A stretch of DNA of 64,000 bases from Candidatus Versatilivorator sp. (GCA_965207735.1 OZ242296.1:5152001-5216000), one strand, 5' to 3'; counted from the first letter of the stretch, positions 40,458 to 50,558 are shown. Made by a program: numbers and translations. The notes: generated by a model not told the origin, from the sequence alone.

Positions 40458-40797
40458 GAGGTTATCCACGAAGGCCCGAAAAGAAATCCACGAAGGGACA
40501 CCAAGGATCACGAAGAATATCGAGGATCAATTAAATTTGGTCTAATACAAATTATTTTGTTCTTTTATTGACGCCCGGTTCTTCTTCTTGTATTCTTCAA
40601 ATTCCAAGCGAGCCTGCCAAGTGTGAGGCACTTGACAGGCCCTTAGCATGACCCATCCTATGCCGGAGGACGAGCCCGCCTGATCAGCATTATACTGCAT
40701 CAACAGTTGGTTCCAGCCCGGCATAGGACTCCTTCCCTATTTCGCTGTTCCTCATGTAGGGATTCATGTTCGTGGTCGTTAGGGAATACGGGAGCAG

Positions 40798-42363
40798 ATG
40801 AACTGGAAAGCACTTCTTGTCGGCCTCCTCTTGTTGCTTGTATGTAAGGCTGCCAGCTTGGCGCAACACGACGGTCCGGCACTTCCAGACGAAAATCTGA
40901 GTCAGGATCAGCTGATCCAGCGCTTGTCCCATGGCGGTCTCACTATCAGGGATTTGCGAAGGAAGGGGCTGGAGATCTTTACCACTCCGTTCAACACCCA
41001 TGACGGTTTTGGGGATGGCTCTTTCAACAGCGAGTTCCCGACGTCCCCGCTCAGCAACCGGCCCACGTTGCAAGGCAACGGCCTCTCACTACGTGTAAAC
41101 GGGCTGGATGCGCAGTCTTGCAACGAGTGTCACTCGATCGTCAAGCAATCCACACGCCCCCCGACTCTTGGCATCGGCGGTGTGGGGGGGCTCGTTCAGA
41201 ATGCGATCATCATGCCCAGCCTCATCGATGTCGCGGATTCCTTCGATGATCGGGTGAACTACTCGTCCGGCCATGCCCCGGACCTTCCCCTGGCGTTCGA
41301 CGGCAAAGTGGACTTCAATGGACGATTTGCCAATCCACCCTTTCTGTTTGGTGGAGGCGGGTTGGAATTACTGGCCAAGGAAATGACCGCCGACCTCCAA
41401 TATCTTCTTTCCATCGCCAGGAACTTACCGGAAGGAAGCCTCACCCACCTGAATACTCATGGGGTCAACTTCGGGTTCCTCGAAACACTGGCGGATGGAG
41501 AGATAGGACTGCACGTCAAGGGAATCGGTTTCAAGGATAACTCCGGCCGATCGCCCGAAGAGGTTCTAGTGGTCAGACCCTTCGGCCGAAAGGGCGAGAG
41601 TTTTTCCATGCGCGATTTCTCTCGCGTCGCAATGCAGTTTCACTTCGGTCTGCAACCCGTCGAGGTGGTGGGCGAGTTCTTTGACGCTGATAGCGATGGC
41701 GTGGTGAACGAAGTGACGGTTTCCGAAATGAGTGCCCTTCACATCTTCAACGTGACCAATCCCGTTTCCTTCATGGAGAAGCCTGACCTCTCGGCCCAGC
41801 GCGGTTTTTCGACCTTCCAGGCAATCGGATGCGCCGTATGTCACATTCCCATGATGAAAACCCGCTCCCGAAATCTACCGTTGAGCTTTCCCGAAGTGCC
41901 TTGGGACCCCGGGCAAAATGTCTATCTGGAAATTGACTTGGCCGAGGCTGGCTTTGAGCCGGTCCCCGGAGAAGATGGAGTATTGGTACCGCTGTTCGCC
42001 GATCTGAAACGGCACGATATGGGCGACGGTTTGAAGGAAGACTTCCAGTTGGCCAAGTTCTCCAATCGAGAGTTCACGACCGCTCGTTTGTGGGGCGTAG
42101 CCGACACGGCTCCCTATCTGCACGACGGGCGCGCCACCACCCTGTTTCAAGCAATCGAAGCCCATGGAGGCGAGGCCCTAACCTCCAGAGATGCATTCTT
42201 GGAACTGTCCGCTGAAGAAAGACAACAACTGATTTCATTCCTGGGACGACTCCGAACCCCCAACCGTCCCAACCAGGAACTGCTTCCTCTGGTGTCTCCA
42301 CCCATCTTTGAGAATCAAGAATCTCCCGTATGTTTGTTTCTGGAGTGTTTGAGGGTACGCTAA
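40798..42363 (+). CDS. Di-heme oxidoreductase (DHOR/DUF1111-like)
   Basis: Signal peptide; CNECH and CAVCH heme motifs; DLKRHDMG, TARLWGVADTAPYLHDGRA..L..AIEAHGGEA. Confidence 0.85.
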   Translation: MNWKALLVGLLLLLVCKAASLAQHDGPALPDENLSQDQLIQRLSHGGLTIRDLRRKGLEIFTTPFNTHDGFGDGSFNSEFPTSPLSNRPTLQGNGLSLRVNGLDAQSCNECHSIVKQSTRPPTLGIGGVGGLVQNAIIMPSLIDVADSFDDRVNYSSGHAPDLPLAFDGKVDFNGRFANPPFLFGGGGLELLAKEMTADLQYLLSIARNLPEGSLTHLNTHGVNFGFLETLADGEIGLHVKGIGFKDNSGRSPEEVLVVRPFGRKGESFSMRDFSRVAMQFHFGLQPVEVVGEFFDADSDGVVNEVTVSEMSALHIFNVTNPVSFMEKPDLSAQRGFSTFQAIGCAVCHIPMMKTRSRNLPLSFPEVPWDPGQNVYLEIDLAEAGFEPVPGEDGVLVPLFADLKRHDMGDGLKEDFQLAKFSNREFTTARLWGVADTAPYLHDGRATTLFQAIEAHGGEALTSRDAFLELSAEERQQLISFLGRLRTPNRPNQELLPLVSPPIFENQESPVCLFLECLRVR

Positions 42364-42587
42364 GAAGTGGTCCCTCAAGCCCTCTCTCAGCTTCAAGATT
42401 ATCCAACCGGTTGGCAGAAGAACTTAATTTCCAAACTCAACCCTAGCGTGCGCTTAGGCGTTTTTACTCCCTTCCTCTCCGCAAAACGGAGCGGGCCTGA
42501 TCAAGAGAAACTGCTTTCCCTTTTCCCATGACATCAATACAAGAATATGGTATTTATGTTTTTTCAGTGACAATCTGTGAACAAACT

Positions 42588-43529
42588 ATGTCTCCGCTAC
42601 CGCCGCTCGAGTGTCTGCGCTTTTTCGATGCCGCCGCCCGGCACCAGAGCTTTGCCCGGGCTGCGGAAGAACTGCAGGTCACTCCCGCCGCCGTCGCCCA
42701 CCGCATCAAGACGCTTGAAAAACACCTCGGCCTCAGCCTGTTCGACCGCAATCGCCGTAGGGTCAGGCTGAACTCGCGGGGCAAGGCTTGTCTGGGGGAA
42801 GTGCAAGGCATACTCGCCGAGATCCGGGAGGTCATCGACCGCTACCGAAGCGGGTCACACATGCGGCGCCTGAGCGTCGTTGTGGTCGAGTCCGTCGCCG
42901 AGCGGTGGCTCATGCCGAAGATTGCAGACTTCAACGCTGCCCAGCCCGACATCGCCATCGAGCTGGAGACTGACCATCTCGGTGTTGACCCCAACCGGAA
43001 CGACTTCGACGTCTGGATCACCTACGACGGCGGGACCAAGGTGCCGAGCACGGAGGTGGCCCTCCAGGAGACGCTGTTCGAGGATTCGTTGGTTGCACTC
43101 TGCAGCCCGGTTCTTTTCGAGACCTACGGGCGCCCCCGCAACTTGGCGGATTTGTATGCGTGGCCCATGCTCTACCACCTGGGCTGGCCTTCGGACTGGG
43201 CGCAATGGTTCGCGGCCCAAGGTAGCCCCCCACCGGATCTGTCGCATGCATCGGGCTTCCGCCTGTGCAGTATGTTGATGCATGCGACTCTGAAGGGCAT
43301 GGGGGCGGCTGTTGGACGCCGGGCGACGGTTGTTCCCGAATTGGAACAGGGGACTCTGGTGCCGTTGTTCGACCAATACAACGAAGTGCCCACGCGGTGC
43401 CGTCTGATGACAACCGCCGCCGCGCGGCGCAAGCCGGAGGTCCAGGTATTTCGGGAATGGATCCTTGAAAGCGTCCCCGATCCTGTCACCAAGGTAACGC
43501 TTGCGGGAGCACCTCACCATGGGCACTGA
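42588..43529 (+). CDS. LysR-type regulator (GcvA-like)
   Basis: LPPLECLRFFDAAARHQSFARAAEELQVTPAAVAHRIKTLE HTH; WLMPK. Confidence 0.93.
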   Translation: MSPLPPLECLRFFDAAARHQSFARAAEELQVTPAAVAHRIKTLEKHLGLSLFDRNRRRVRLNSRGKACLGEVQGILAEIREVIDRYRSGSHMRRLSVVVVESVAERWLMPKIADFNAAQPDIAIELETDHLGVDPNRNDFDVWITYDGGTKVPSTEVALQETLFEDSLVALCSPVLFETYGRPRNLADLYAWPMLYHLGWPSDWAQWFAAQGSPPPDLSHASGFRLCSMLMHATLKGMGAAVGRRATVVPELEQGTLVPLFDQYNEVPTRCRLMTTAAARRKPEVQVFREWILESVPDPVTKVTLAGAPHHGH

Positions 43530-43788
43530 GCATCGGTCCCGGTGGATGATGCGAAAGTCTGCCTCGGTCCTCCGGTTCTGTCTACATCAGCGACTGCAAT
43601 CGATTTCGCCCCATTCTGCTTGCCCCGAGCCCGTTGCCCACGCCGCTGACCAATAAATGCTCTTCCTCAATCGGAAGTCGGAGCGTGGGGTAGGTTACTC
43701 CGAGCCTCGTTACTACTCCCTGACGCCAGTTGCAGTTTCCTCTGCTCCAAGCAAATAGGCCAGCATCCTCACACTTGCGTGCTCACCG

Positions 43789-43935
43789 ATCCTCAAGCAG
43801 ATCGACTGGGAAACACCCCAGGAGGTGGATCTACACCTGACTATCGACAACTACGGCACGCACAAGCACGAGAAGGTGCAAGAGTGGTTGCGGTGGCGTC
43901 CCCGGTTCCACCTCCACTTCAGGCCGACCGGTTAA
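43789..43935 (+). pseudogene. IS630-family transposase fragment
   Basis: Hand translation ILKQIDWETPQEVDLHLTIDNYGTHKHEKVQEWLRWRPRFHLHFRPTG* matches the IS630 DDE segment (DNYxTHK...RFHLHFTPT). Confidence 0.85.
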
Positions 43936-44024
43936 ACGGAACGAGTTCCAACTCGCGAAAGGCCATGAATCTTGGTTGTTTCACTCTGGAATGATTCGCC
44001 TGGCAGGCTGGTGGTCCGGCGCGA

Positions 44025-44969
44025 TCATTCCTCGGAGTCTCCGGTGAAGCTCCTGAAAAATCCGCGCCGGGAAAGCCTGGGGTTGGTCGGGCGGAAGGCC
44101 AATTTGTCCAGGCTGAATCCGTAGTTGAGCTTCTCCAGGTCGCTCAACAGTTCGTAGGCGGACGGGTATCGATCAGCCGGGTCGTTTTGCAGGAGGGCCC
44201 GCAACAGGCGGCTCCACCCCGGGGAGGCTTGGGGGCGTACGGCAGTCAGCCTGGGTAGCTCACGGTCCAGAATCTGCCGGTCCAGCGCGGCGGAATCCCC
44301 ACCTGCAAAGAGAAACTCCCCCAGAGAAAGTTCGTAGAGCACAGCACCCAGGGAAAAGAGGTCGCTCCTGGAATCGCCAGGTTTCCCCCGCACTTGCTCC
44401 GGCGCCCGGTAGCTGCGGTGTAGCAGCGGCGGCTGACCCGCCGGGAGGTCTTGTTTCCGCGACGCGGGTTCCCGCGGATCGTGCAGGACCAGGTTGGGTG
44501 GCAGGTAGGGCAGGACAGCGTCCAACAGCTTTACCTGATTGCCTTCCTGCAGGAGCAGGCTACGTGAAGTGAGGCGTCCGTGGACGAGGCCGTTCTCGTG
44601 CACTTCCAGCAATGCGCGGGCGGTTTGAATGGCTGTCTGAAGGGCCAGGTCGAAGTCGCAAGGCCCTGCGCTGATCATCTCGGCCAGCGTCTTCCCATGC
44701 ATAAACTCCATGGGAAGAATGTGATGACCTTCATGGGTCTCGATGGGAAACAGCCGCGCCAGGTTGGAGTGGTCCAAGGCGGCGTAGAGGGCCAGCTTCT
44801 GCAGGAATTGCGATTCGGCAGGGTCTTCCTGCCGGGGCAGCCGCTTCAGGAACAGCAGGGCGGCGGTTTCCCGCCGCTCGATGTGGGTTGCCTTGTAAAA
44901 GTAGCGCGTGTCCGCCAGCCGGTCTCTGGAGAGTATTCGGTAAGGGCCGATCTGCTTGCCGATGAGCAC
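44025..44969 (-). CDS. Hanks-type Ser/Thr kinase-like protein, probably a pseudokinase
   Basis: LIGKQIGPYRI, MEF..GKTL, YRAPEQ, SDLFSLG.VLYE, DPADRY; catalytic motifs degenerate. Confidence 0.8.
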   Translation of the reverse strand: MLIGKQIGPYRILSRDRLADTRYFYKATHIERRETAALLFLKRLPRQEDPAESQFLQKLALYAALDHSNLARLFPIETHEGHHILPMEFMHGKTLAEMISAGPCDFDLALQTAIQTARALLEVHENGLVHGRLTSRSLLLQEGNQVKLLDAVLPYLPPNLVLHDPREPASRKQDLPAGQPPLLHRSYRAPEQVRGKPGDSRSDLFSLGAVLYELSLGEFLFAGGDSAALDRQILDRELPRLTAVRPQASPGWSRLLRALLQNDPADRYPSAYELLSDLEKLNYGFSLDKLAFRPTNPRLSRRGFFRSFTGDSEE

Positions 44970-44998
44970 GGGAACGTTCTCAGCGGGCTGGCTGCCAG

Positions 44999-45433
44999 CT
45001 AGAATGGGATATCGTCATCGCTTGTCCCGGAGTCGGCTGCGGGGGCGGGTTGGGCTGCGGGGGCAGGTTGGGCTGGCGGCGCCGCTTGTCCTTCCTCGGA
45101 GCGGCCGCCCAGCATGACCATGTTGTCGGCTCGGATTTCTGTGGTGTAGCGTTTGTTTCCCTCCCGGTCCTCCCAACTACGGGTCTGCAGGCGCCCCTCG
45201 ATGTAGACCAGCCTTCCCTTGCTGAGATACTGGCCGCAGATGTCCGCCAGCTTGCTCCAGGCGACGACCCTGTGCCACTCGGTTCGTTGCTGCCTTTCGC
45301 CGCTCTGGTCCTTCCAGGTCTCGTCGGTTGCGATGCGAAGGTTAGCAACCGCCGTGCCTCCCTGGGTGAATCTGACTTCGGGGTCCTGTCCCAGCCTGCC
45401 CACCAGAATCACCTTGTTGACTGAACCTGCCAT
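44999..45433 (-). CDS. ssb: Single-stranded DNA-binding protein
   Basis: [24 protein letters not shown]-terminal DDDIPF. Confidence 0.97.
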   Translation of the reverse strand: MAGSVNKVILVGRLGQDPEVRFTQGGTAVANLRIATDETWKDQSGERQQRTEWHRVVAWSKLADICGQYLSKGRLVYIEGRLQTRSWEDREGNKRYTTEIRADNMVMLGGRSEEGQAAPPAQPAPAAQPAPAADSGTSDDDIPF

Positions 45434-45484
45434 TCCATGCCTCCTTGTAAATTACGATGGGAGAATTGATTCGGGAGAATTTCT

Positions 45485-46321
45485 TTAACGGCGCGACGTC
45501 CTCCGCCGAGAGGCGCGGGTCGATACGCCCAGAGTCTTCAACCGATTCCTGGCGATCTCCGCCTCTCTGGAGGAAGGGTGCTTCTGAATGACCCAGCGGA
45601 GCTCCTTGACCCCGGCTTGCTGGTTTTCGAGCTCCAGGTAGCTGAACCCCTTTTTCAAGATCGCCGCCGGAACCTTGTCGCCTTTGGGATAGACCTGTAT
45701 CACCCGGTCGAAAGCATCCACGGCCTCGGCGAAATTCCGGACCCCGTAGTAGGTCTCGCCGATCCAGTAGAGCGCGTTGTCCGAGAGCTCGGTTTCCGGG
45801 TAGTTGTTGATGTATTCCTGAAAGCCCTCCCGGGCCAGGTCGTAGTTGCCCTTGAGGTAGTCGCCATGGGCGGAATTGTAGAGTGCCTCCGGGTCCAGGG
45901 AACCGCCCGCCCGCCGCGGGTTGTCCAGGGACTCGACCTGGGTCTTGGTTTCCGCCAACTGCATGGAGAGCTTGTTGATTCGGTCCATCACCATGTCGAT
46001 TCCGGTGTTGACCACCGAGAACTGGTTCTCCAGCGAATCGATCTTGGACCCGACGGCCGTCTCCGTCTGCTGGTTGGATGACTTCATGCTTTCAAGGACG
46101 ATCTGCATCCTGGCCGACTGGTCGAAGAGCTTCTCGACCAGGTCTTTCAAGACGGCGATGTCGGAGTCGAAACCCTTCTGCAACTCCCGCAGTTGCTGCT
46201 GCAGGATGGAAACGTCGGCTTGCAGCCGGATGATCTCCCTTTTTTGAGCCGAGGCCGGAAGCGTCACCATCAATAGAATCCCTAGGCTGGGCAACAGGGC
46301 GTGTCTAAGCAATTTGGTCAC
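45485..46321 (-). CDS. cpoB: Tol-Pal system protein YbgF/CpoB
   Basis: Signal peptide, coiled coil, TPRs (NALYWIGE, YPKGDKVPAAILK); downstream of pal. Confidence 0.88.
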   Translation of the reverse strand: MTKLLRHALLPSLGILLMVTLPASAQKREIIRLQADVSILQQQLRELQKGFDSDIAVLKDLVEKLFDQSARMQIVLESMKSSNQQTETAVGSKIDSLENQFSVVNTGIDMVMDRINKLSMQLAETKTQVESLDNPRRAGGSLDPEALYNSAHGDYLKGNYDLAREGFQEYINNYPETELSDNALYWIGETYYGVRNFAEAVDAFDRVIQVYPKGDKVPAAILKKGFSYLELENQQAGVKELRWVIQKHPSSREAEIARNRLKTLGVSTRASRRRTSRR

Positions 46322-46463
46322 CTCGATATCTGGGGGTCCAAAGTGGTCGTTGCGTGAATCATAACAGCGGCCAATCGGCAGGGCAAGCTCGGGTTGAGCC
46401 GCGGAAGAGTCGGGAAACCATCCGGAAAAAGGGATGTTCTGCCTATTTCAATATCGGGTGCGG

Positions 46464-46482
46464 CCTGGTGAGAAATACGGGC
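46464..46482. mobile_element. Solo MITE terminal repeat
   Basis: CCTGGTGAGAAATACGGGC, 18/19 match to the MITE TIR; no partner seen nearby. Confidence 0.65.
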
Positions 46483-46591
46483 CCATGCCTTTTTTGGCAC
46501 GACAGCAATGCTTCGGATCTTGGGAGTACTTGAGGAGAGAACCACCCGGCAAAAGGCGGGAGTCAACCACTGGGGGGAGAATGAAATGGAT

Positions 46592-46632
46592 GCGACGGGC
46601 CGCCCCTTGGGAGATCCAGGGGCGGCCTCGCC
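46592..46632 (-). terminator. Hairpin downstream of pal
   Basis: GGCCGCCCCTTGG-GAGAT-CCAGGGGCGGCC stem; no clear U-tract. Confidence 0.45.
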
Positions 46633-46648
46633 GCGGGTACTACCGGCG

Positions 46649-47404
46649 TCAGCGACTCAGCACGAAATGGGCCCGGCGGTTCTTCTGCCAGCAGGCCTCG
46701 TCGGACTCCGTGCACTGGGGCCTCTCCTTGCCGTAGCTGATCGTCTTGACTCGAGAGCTGGAGATTCCCATGGAGGTGAGATGGCTGAGGGCGGAGTTGG
46801 CTCTGCGGTCGCCCAGACCCAGGTTGTACTCCTCGCTGCCCCGCTCGTCGCAATGGCCTTCAATGGTGAAGCGGACTTGCGGGTATTTCTTGAGGAATTC
46901 GGAGGCCGCCGCCAGGGTCGCGCGGGCGTCGCCCCTGATCTCCGACTTGTCGTAGTCGAAATAGATGTCCTTGACCTTCTTGGTGAACATCTCCTCAACC
47001 GTCGGTTGCCTCTTCTTGGGAGGCGGAGGCGGTGCAGGCGGCGCGGTGACCGTCACCCGGGCGCTTGCGGTAACGCTTCCCCCCTCTCCCTTGGCGGTCA
47101 GCGTATAGGTCGTGGATGAACTGGGAGAAACCGAGCGCGACCCGCTGGTGCTGACGTCACCGATCCCCTGGTTGATGGAGACGTTGGTGGCATTGGTGGT
47201 GCTCCAGGTCAGGGTAGACGACTTTCCCTTCTGGATGGTCGTCGGGTTGGCCGTCAGGGTTGCCGTCGGCTTGGGCGGCGGGGGAGGCGGCGGAGGCTCT
47301 TCCGGAGGCGCGACCGGCACCTGCTTTTTACAGCCGCCCGAGATTGCGATGAGGAGCGCGAACAGGCATAGGGCAGCCACGTTCAAGAACTTCCTGTTTT
47401 TCAT
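46649..47404 (-). CDS. pal: Peptidoglycan-associated lipoprotein with an extra Ig/PKD-like domain
   Basis: Lipobox GGC; Thr-rich Ig-like insert; IYFDYDKS, IEGHCDERGSEEYNLGLGDRRA, ISYGKERP, NRRAHF. Confidence 0.93.
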   Translation of the reverse strand: MKNRKFLNVAALCLFALLIAISGGCKKQVPVAPPEEPPPPPPPPKPTATLTANPTTIQKGKSSTLTWSTTNATNVSINQGIGDVSTSGSRSVSPSSSTTYTLTAKGEGGSVTASARVTVTAPPAPPPPPKKRQPTVEEMFTKKVKDIYFDYDKSEIRGDARATLAAASEFLKKYPQVRFTIEGHCDERGSEEYNLGLGDRRANSALSHLTSMGISSSRVKTISYGKERPQCTESDEACWQKNRRAHFVLSR

Positions 47405-47473
47405 AGTGTCCTTCCTCCGTTCGAAGATGGGTGTGAAGCGTATTTGTGTCCCGAACCTTTGATAGCGAGCCCT

Positions 47474-47501
47474 AGTCTATAAAAAATAAATCCAGTGTAA
47501 A
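47474..47501 (-). promoter_or_regulatory. Candidate internal pal promoter
   Basis: TTTACA-N16-TAGACT in an AT-rich stretch. Confidence 0.45.
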
Positions 47502-47510
47502 ACAAAAAAA

Positions 47511-48848
47511 TCACTGCCGAAAGTAATTGGACCAGGCGGGAGAGGTGTTTTGGCCTCGACGGGTGAGTTGCTCCTTCTGGGTGCCGTCGGCCAGCATAAT
47601 GAAAATCTGCCGGCTCCCGAAACGGTTGGACTCGTAGGCAATGTGGCGGCTGTCGGGCGACCAGACCGGATGCTCGTTGTTGGCGCCGTCTCGAGTGAGC
47701 TGGCTAAACCGGCCGCTGACCACGTCCAGCAGGTAGATGTCGAATCGTCCCGTCCGCCGCCTCCTCCAGGAGAAAGCGATGTGCACGCCGTCCGGACTCC
47801 AGGAGGGACTCACGGCTTCGCCGCCTTCGTTGATCAGCCGGCGCAGGTTGGAGCCGTCCTCATCCATGATCCAGATCTGTGGGGAACCGCTGCGGCCGGA
47901 GACGAAGGCGATCTGCCTGCCCGACTTGGGATTCCATACGGGCGAGATGTCCACGCCGCGGGCACGTGTCAGCCGCCTGAGGCGGCGGCCACGGAGATCG
48001 GAAACGTATATTTCGGGGTCGCGGGTCTTGCTGGAGCTGAAAGCGATCCGTTCCCCGTCGGGGGCAAAGGCCGGAGTGGTGGTGAGCCCGCCGCGAAGGG
48101 AAAAGGGAATTAGCCTTTGATCGAAGACGGTTCGAAAGTACAGATCGGGGTTGCCTCGGTGGTAGGAGGTGTAGGCAATGCGTGAGTTGTCCATGGACCA
48201 GCGGGGGGTCAGGCTGATGGAACGGTGATTGGTGAGCGCCTTCTGCCCATAGCCGTCGTAGTCCATGGTGTAGATTTCCTTGTTGCCGTTGCGGTTCGAG
48301 ACAAAGGCAATCCGGGTGGAAGCGATCCCTCGAATCCCTCCTCCGATGCGGAGCACGATTTCGTCGGCCAAGCGGTGGGCCAGGGATCGGACGCCCTCTT
48401 CATCCGGATCCACCCGGTAGCGGTTTCCGATGATGGACTCCTGGGTGTTCACGTCGATCAAGCGTGCCTCGACCACGAACTGGCCCCGCTGCATATAGGA
48501 ATTGCCATAGACCAGGTTCTGGGCCTGAACGTCTTCGGCGGTCCATTCCTCGTAATTGACCTCGTAGGGCTGCGAAGGAAGTTTCAGGGGGTAAAAGCTC
48601 TTGGGCACCAGCTCGAACACGCCCGCCCGCCGCAGGTCGTTCCACAGCACGTCGTCGAACAGGCGGGTGTGCCCATCCAGCTCCGACTCGGAGCCGCGTC
48701 GCTGCATGTCGGCCACGGCCACGCGGGCCCTGACGCCCTCGGTCACCACCACACGGACCTGGCTGTCGGTCTCCTGGGCGGCGGCCGGCAATGGACCACT
48801 GAGGAATGTCATCGACAGCAGGCAGACAGGTGTGAGGAGTTTGGTCAT
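47511..48848 (-). CDS. tolB: TolB
   Basis: LWNDL..AG.F, AHRLADEIV, TRIAFVS, MDYDG, PD40 repeats (PSWSPDG). Confidence 0.94.
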   Translation of the reverse strand: MTKLLTPVCLLSMTFLSGPLPAAAQETDSQVRVVVTEGVRARVAVADMQRRGSESELDGHTRLFDDVLWNDLRRAGVFELVPKSFYPLKLPSQPYEVNYEEWTAEDVQAQNLVYGNSYMQRGQFVVEARLIDVNTQESIIGNRYRVDPDEEGVRSLAHRLADEIVLRIGGGIRGIASTRIAFVSNRNGNKEIYTMDYDGYGQKALTNHRSISLTPRWSMDNSRIAYTSYHRGNPDLYFRTVFDQRLIPFSLRGGLTTTPAFAPDGERIAFSSSKTRDPEIYVSDLRGRRLRRLTRARGVDISPVWNPKSGRQIAFVSGRSGSPQIWIMDEDGSNLRRLINEGGEAVSPSWSPDGVHIAFSWRRRRTGRFDIYLLDVVSGRFSQLTRDGANNEHPVWSPDSRHIAYESNRFGSRQIFIMLADGTQKEQLTRRGQNTSPAWSNYFRQ

Positions 48849-48867
48849 GGGTTTTCGTTTTCTTCGG

Positions 48868-49671
48868 TTATCGGGAATGCTCGAACCAGAATTCAGCCAC
48901 CAACCGGGTCTCTCCCCCGGGAAGGGGAGGGAATCGGGAGGCCTTGATGGCTCTCAGTCCGGAACGGTCCAACGACGGGACCCCGCTGGATTGCTTGATG
49001 GTTTCCCCGGCAATGGAACCGTTCCGGCGGATGGTGAATTGAACCACCACCCGCTTGGCCGTGCGCACGTTGGGACTGACCAGGTTTTTCTGCCAGTTGC
49101 TACTGACGATGTCGCGAATCTGCCTCACGTACCAGCCATACTTCTTGCCGAAAAACCCGTCGCCCAACCCGATGCCACCGGACCCCATGCCGGTTTGAAA
49201 CTGGGAATAGGAGAGGTCGGGAGCGCCGCCCTCGCCAAAGGGAACTCTGTCGGAAGGAGGGATCTGGGCGACCTGTTTGGGAGCCCGCCGCCGGGGGCGC
49301 GGCCGCTTCCTGGCCCTGCGCTTCTTCTTGACCTCGAAGGCCTTGGGGTCGGGGACCTCCGGCTCGGCTTCAGCCGCCTTGGTCTCTTCGGTCTGACCGA
49401 GACCCTTGGATTCGGTGGCGATGTTGCTGGCGGTGGTCTGCTTGGGACGCGGCAGGTTCAGTCCACGAACGGTCGCCCCCTGCACCAGGCCGACCGAAAT
49501 GGATCCGCCACCGCCCTGACTGTCGCCCCAGGGGTCGGCGCTTGGGTTGAGGTAGGAGGGCAGGAGGAAAAAACTCACCCCCACCAGCAGATGGCTGACC
49601 ACTGACAGGTAGAGATATCCTCCCAGTCTTTCCTTCTGAATTTCAAAAATGGAGTGTCGTTGGACCGGCAT
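48868..49671 (-). CDS. TolA/TonB C-terminal domain protein
   Basis: TM with S...H motif, Gly/Lys-rich linker, FTIRRNGSI, SSGVPSLDRS..RAI, FPPLP. Confidence 0.85.
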   Translation of the reverse strand: MPVQRHSIFEIQKERLGGYLYLSVVSHLLVGVSFFLLPSYLNPSADPWGDSQGGGGSISVGLVQGATVRGLNLPRPKQTTASNIATESKGLGQTEETKAAEAEPEVPDPKAFEVKKKRRARKRPRPRRRAPKQVAQIPPSDRVPFGEGGAPDLSYSQFQTGMGSGGIGLGDGFFGKKYGWYVRQIRDIVSSNWQKNLVSPNVRTAKRVVVQFTIRRNGSIAGETIKQSSGVPSLDRSGLRAIKASRFPPLPGGETRLVAEFWFEHSR

Positions 49672-49744
49672 CGGAGATTGGCCCCCCCCGTCCCCGGCCA
49701 CGGGACGAATCATACAGGGTGAAACATAGGCGTATCAGACAAGT

Positions 49745-50110
49745 CCGGCCCCCGCCCTGGTGTGCGGATCATACATAGAGTGAAACAATCAGAAATCGAT
49801 CAACCCTTCGCGAACTTGGTACCCCGTCGCGGCAAACCTCAGCGCCTTAGTGCCCCTTCGTCGTTCTTCGTGTCCCTTCGTGGATAAGTCTTTTTCTTTT
49901 GTCTTTTTTCTTTTGTTTCAGGCAAGCCGCGCCCCTGCCCTGCCGTGCAGATCATACGAGAGTGAAACAATCAGAAATCGACCAATCCCTTCGCGACCTT
50001 GGTATCCCGTTACGGTTCACCTCAACGCCTTAGTGTCCCTTCGTCGTCCTTCGTGGCCCTTCGTGGATCACTCTTTTCCGTTTGTCTTTTTTCGGTTGTT
50101 TCAGACAAGA
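49745..50110 (+). repeat. Two tandem ~183-bp units of a dispersed repeat
   Basis: GATCATAC..AGAGTGAAACAATCAGAAATCGA...CCCTTCGTGGAT...TTGTTTCAG starts at 49767 and 49950; truncated unit at ~49681-49745; inverted copy at 60908-61091. Confidence 0.9.
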
Positions 50111-50147
50111 CAAGTCACGCCGGCCGGCGTGGGCAAAAGGGTCGTGG

Positions 50148-50558
50148 CTACTGTTCCGGCTGGGTGACCACGTTGATATTCTTCACGCCGGCAAGTCTGG
50201 CTCGGTCCATGACCCGGGCGATGGTCCCGAACGGCACTTCCTCGTCGGCGCGCAAATAGATCATGGCGGTTTCCGGGTCCTTGATCCGGGCCTGCAGGCG
50301 AACTCCCAAATCGTTGATGTTGATGGGATCGGAGCCCACGAAGAGCCGCTGTTCCCGGTTGATGCTGACCACCAGCAGTTCCTTGGTCAATTCGCTGACC
50401 GTCTTGGTCTTGGGGACGCTGACCTCGATTCCGGACTGAATGATGGGCGCGGTCAGCATGAAGATGATGAGCAGGACCAGGACCACGTCCACCAGGGGAA
50501 CCACGTTGATCTCGGAAAGCGACGTCTGGGTTCTCCCTTGCGGGTTGGTGAATGCCAT
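50148..50558 (-). CDS. tolR: TolR/ExbD
   Basis: SEINVVPLVDVVLVLLIIFMLTAP; LRADEEVPFG. Confidence 0.93.
   Translation of the reverse strand: MAFTNPQGRTQTSLSEINVVPLVDVVLVLLIIFMLTAPIIQSGIEVSVPKTKTVSELTKELLVVSINREQRLFVGSDPININDLGVRLQARIKDPETAMIYLRADEEVPFGTIARVMDRARLAGVKNINVVTQPEQ

Noticed and set aside
49745-50110. Possible CRISPR array
   Set aside because: Whole 183-bp units are repeated with no unique spacers, and no cas genes are in the window.
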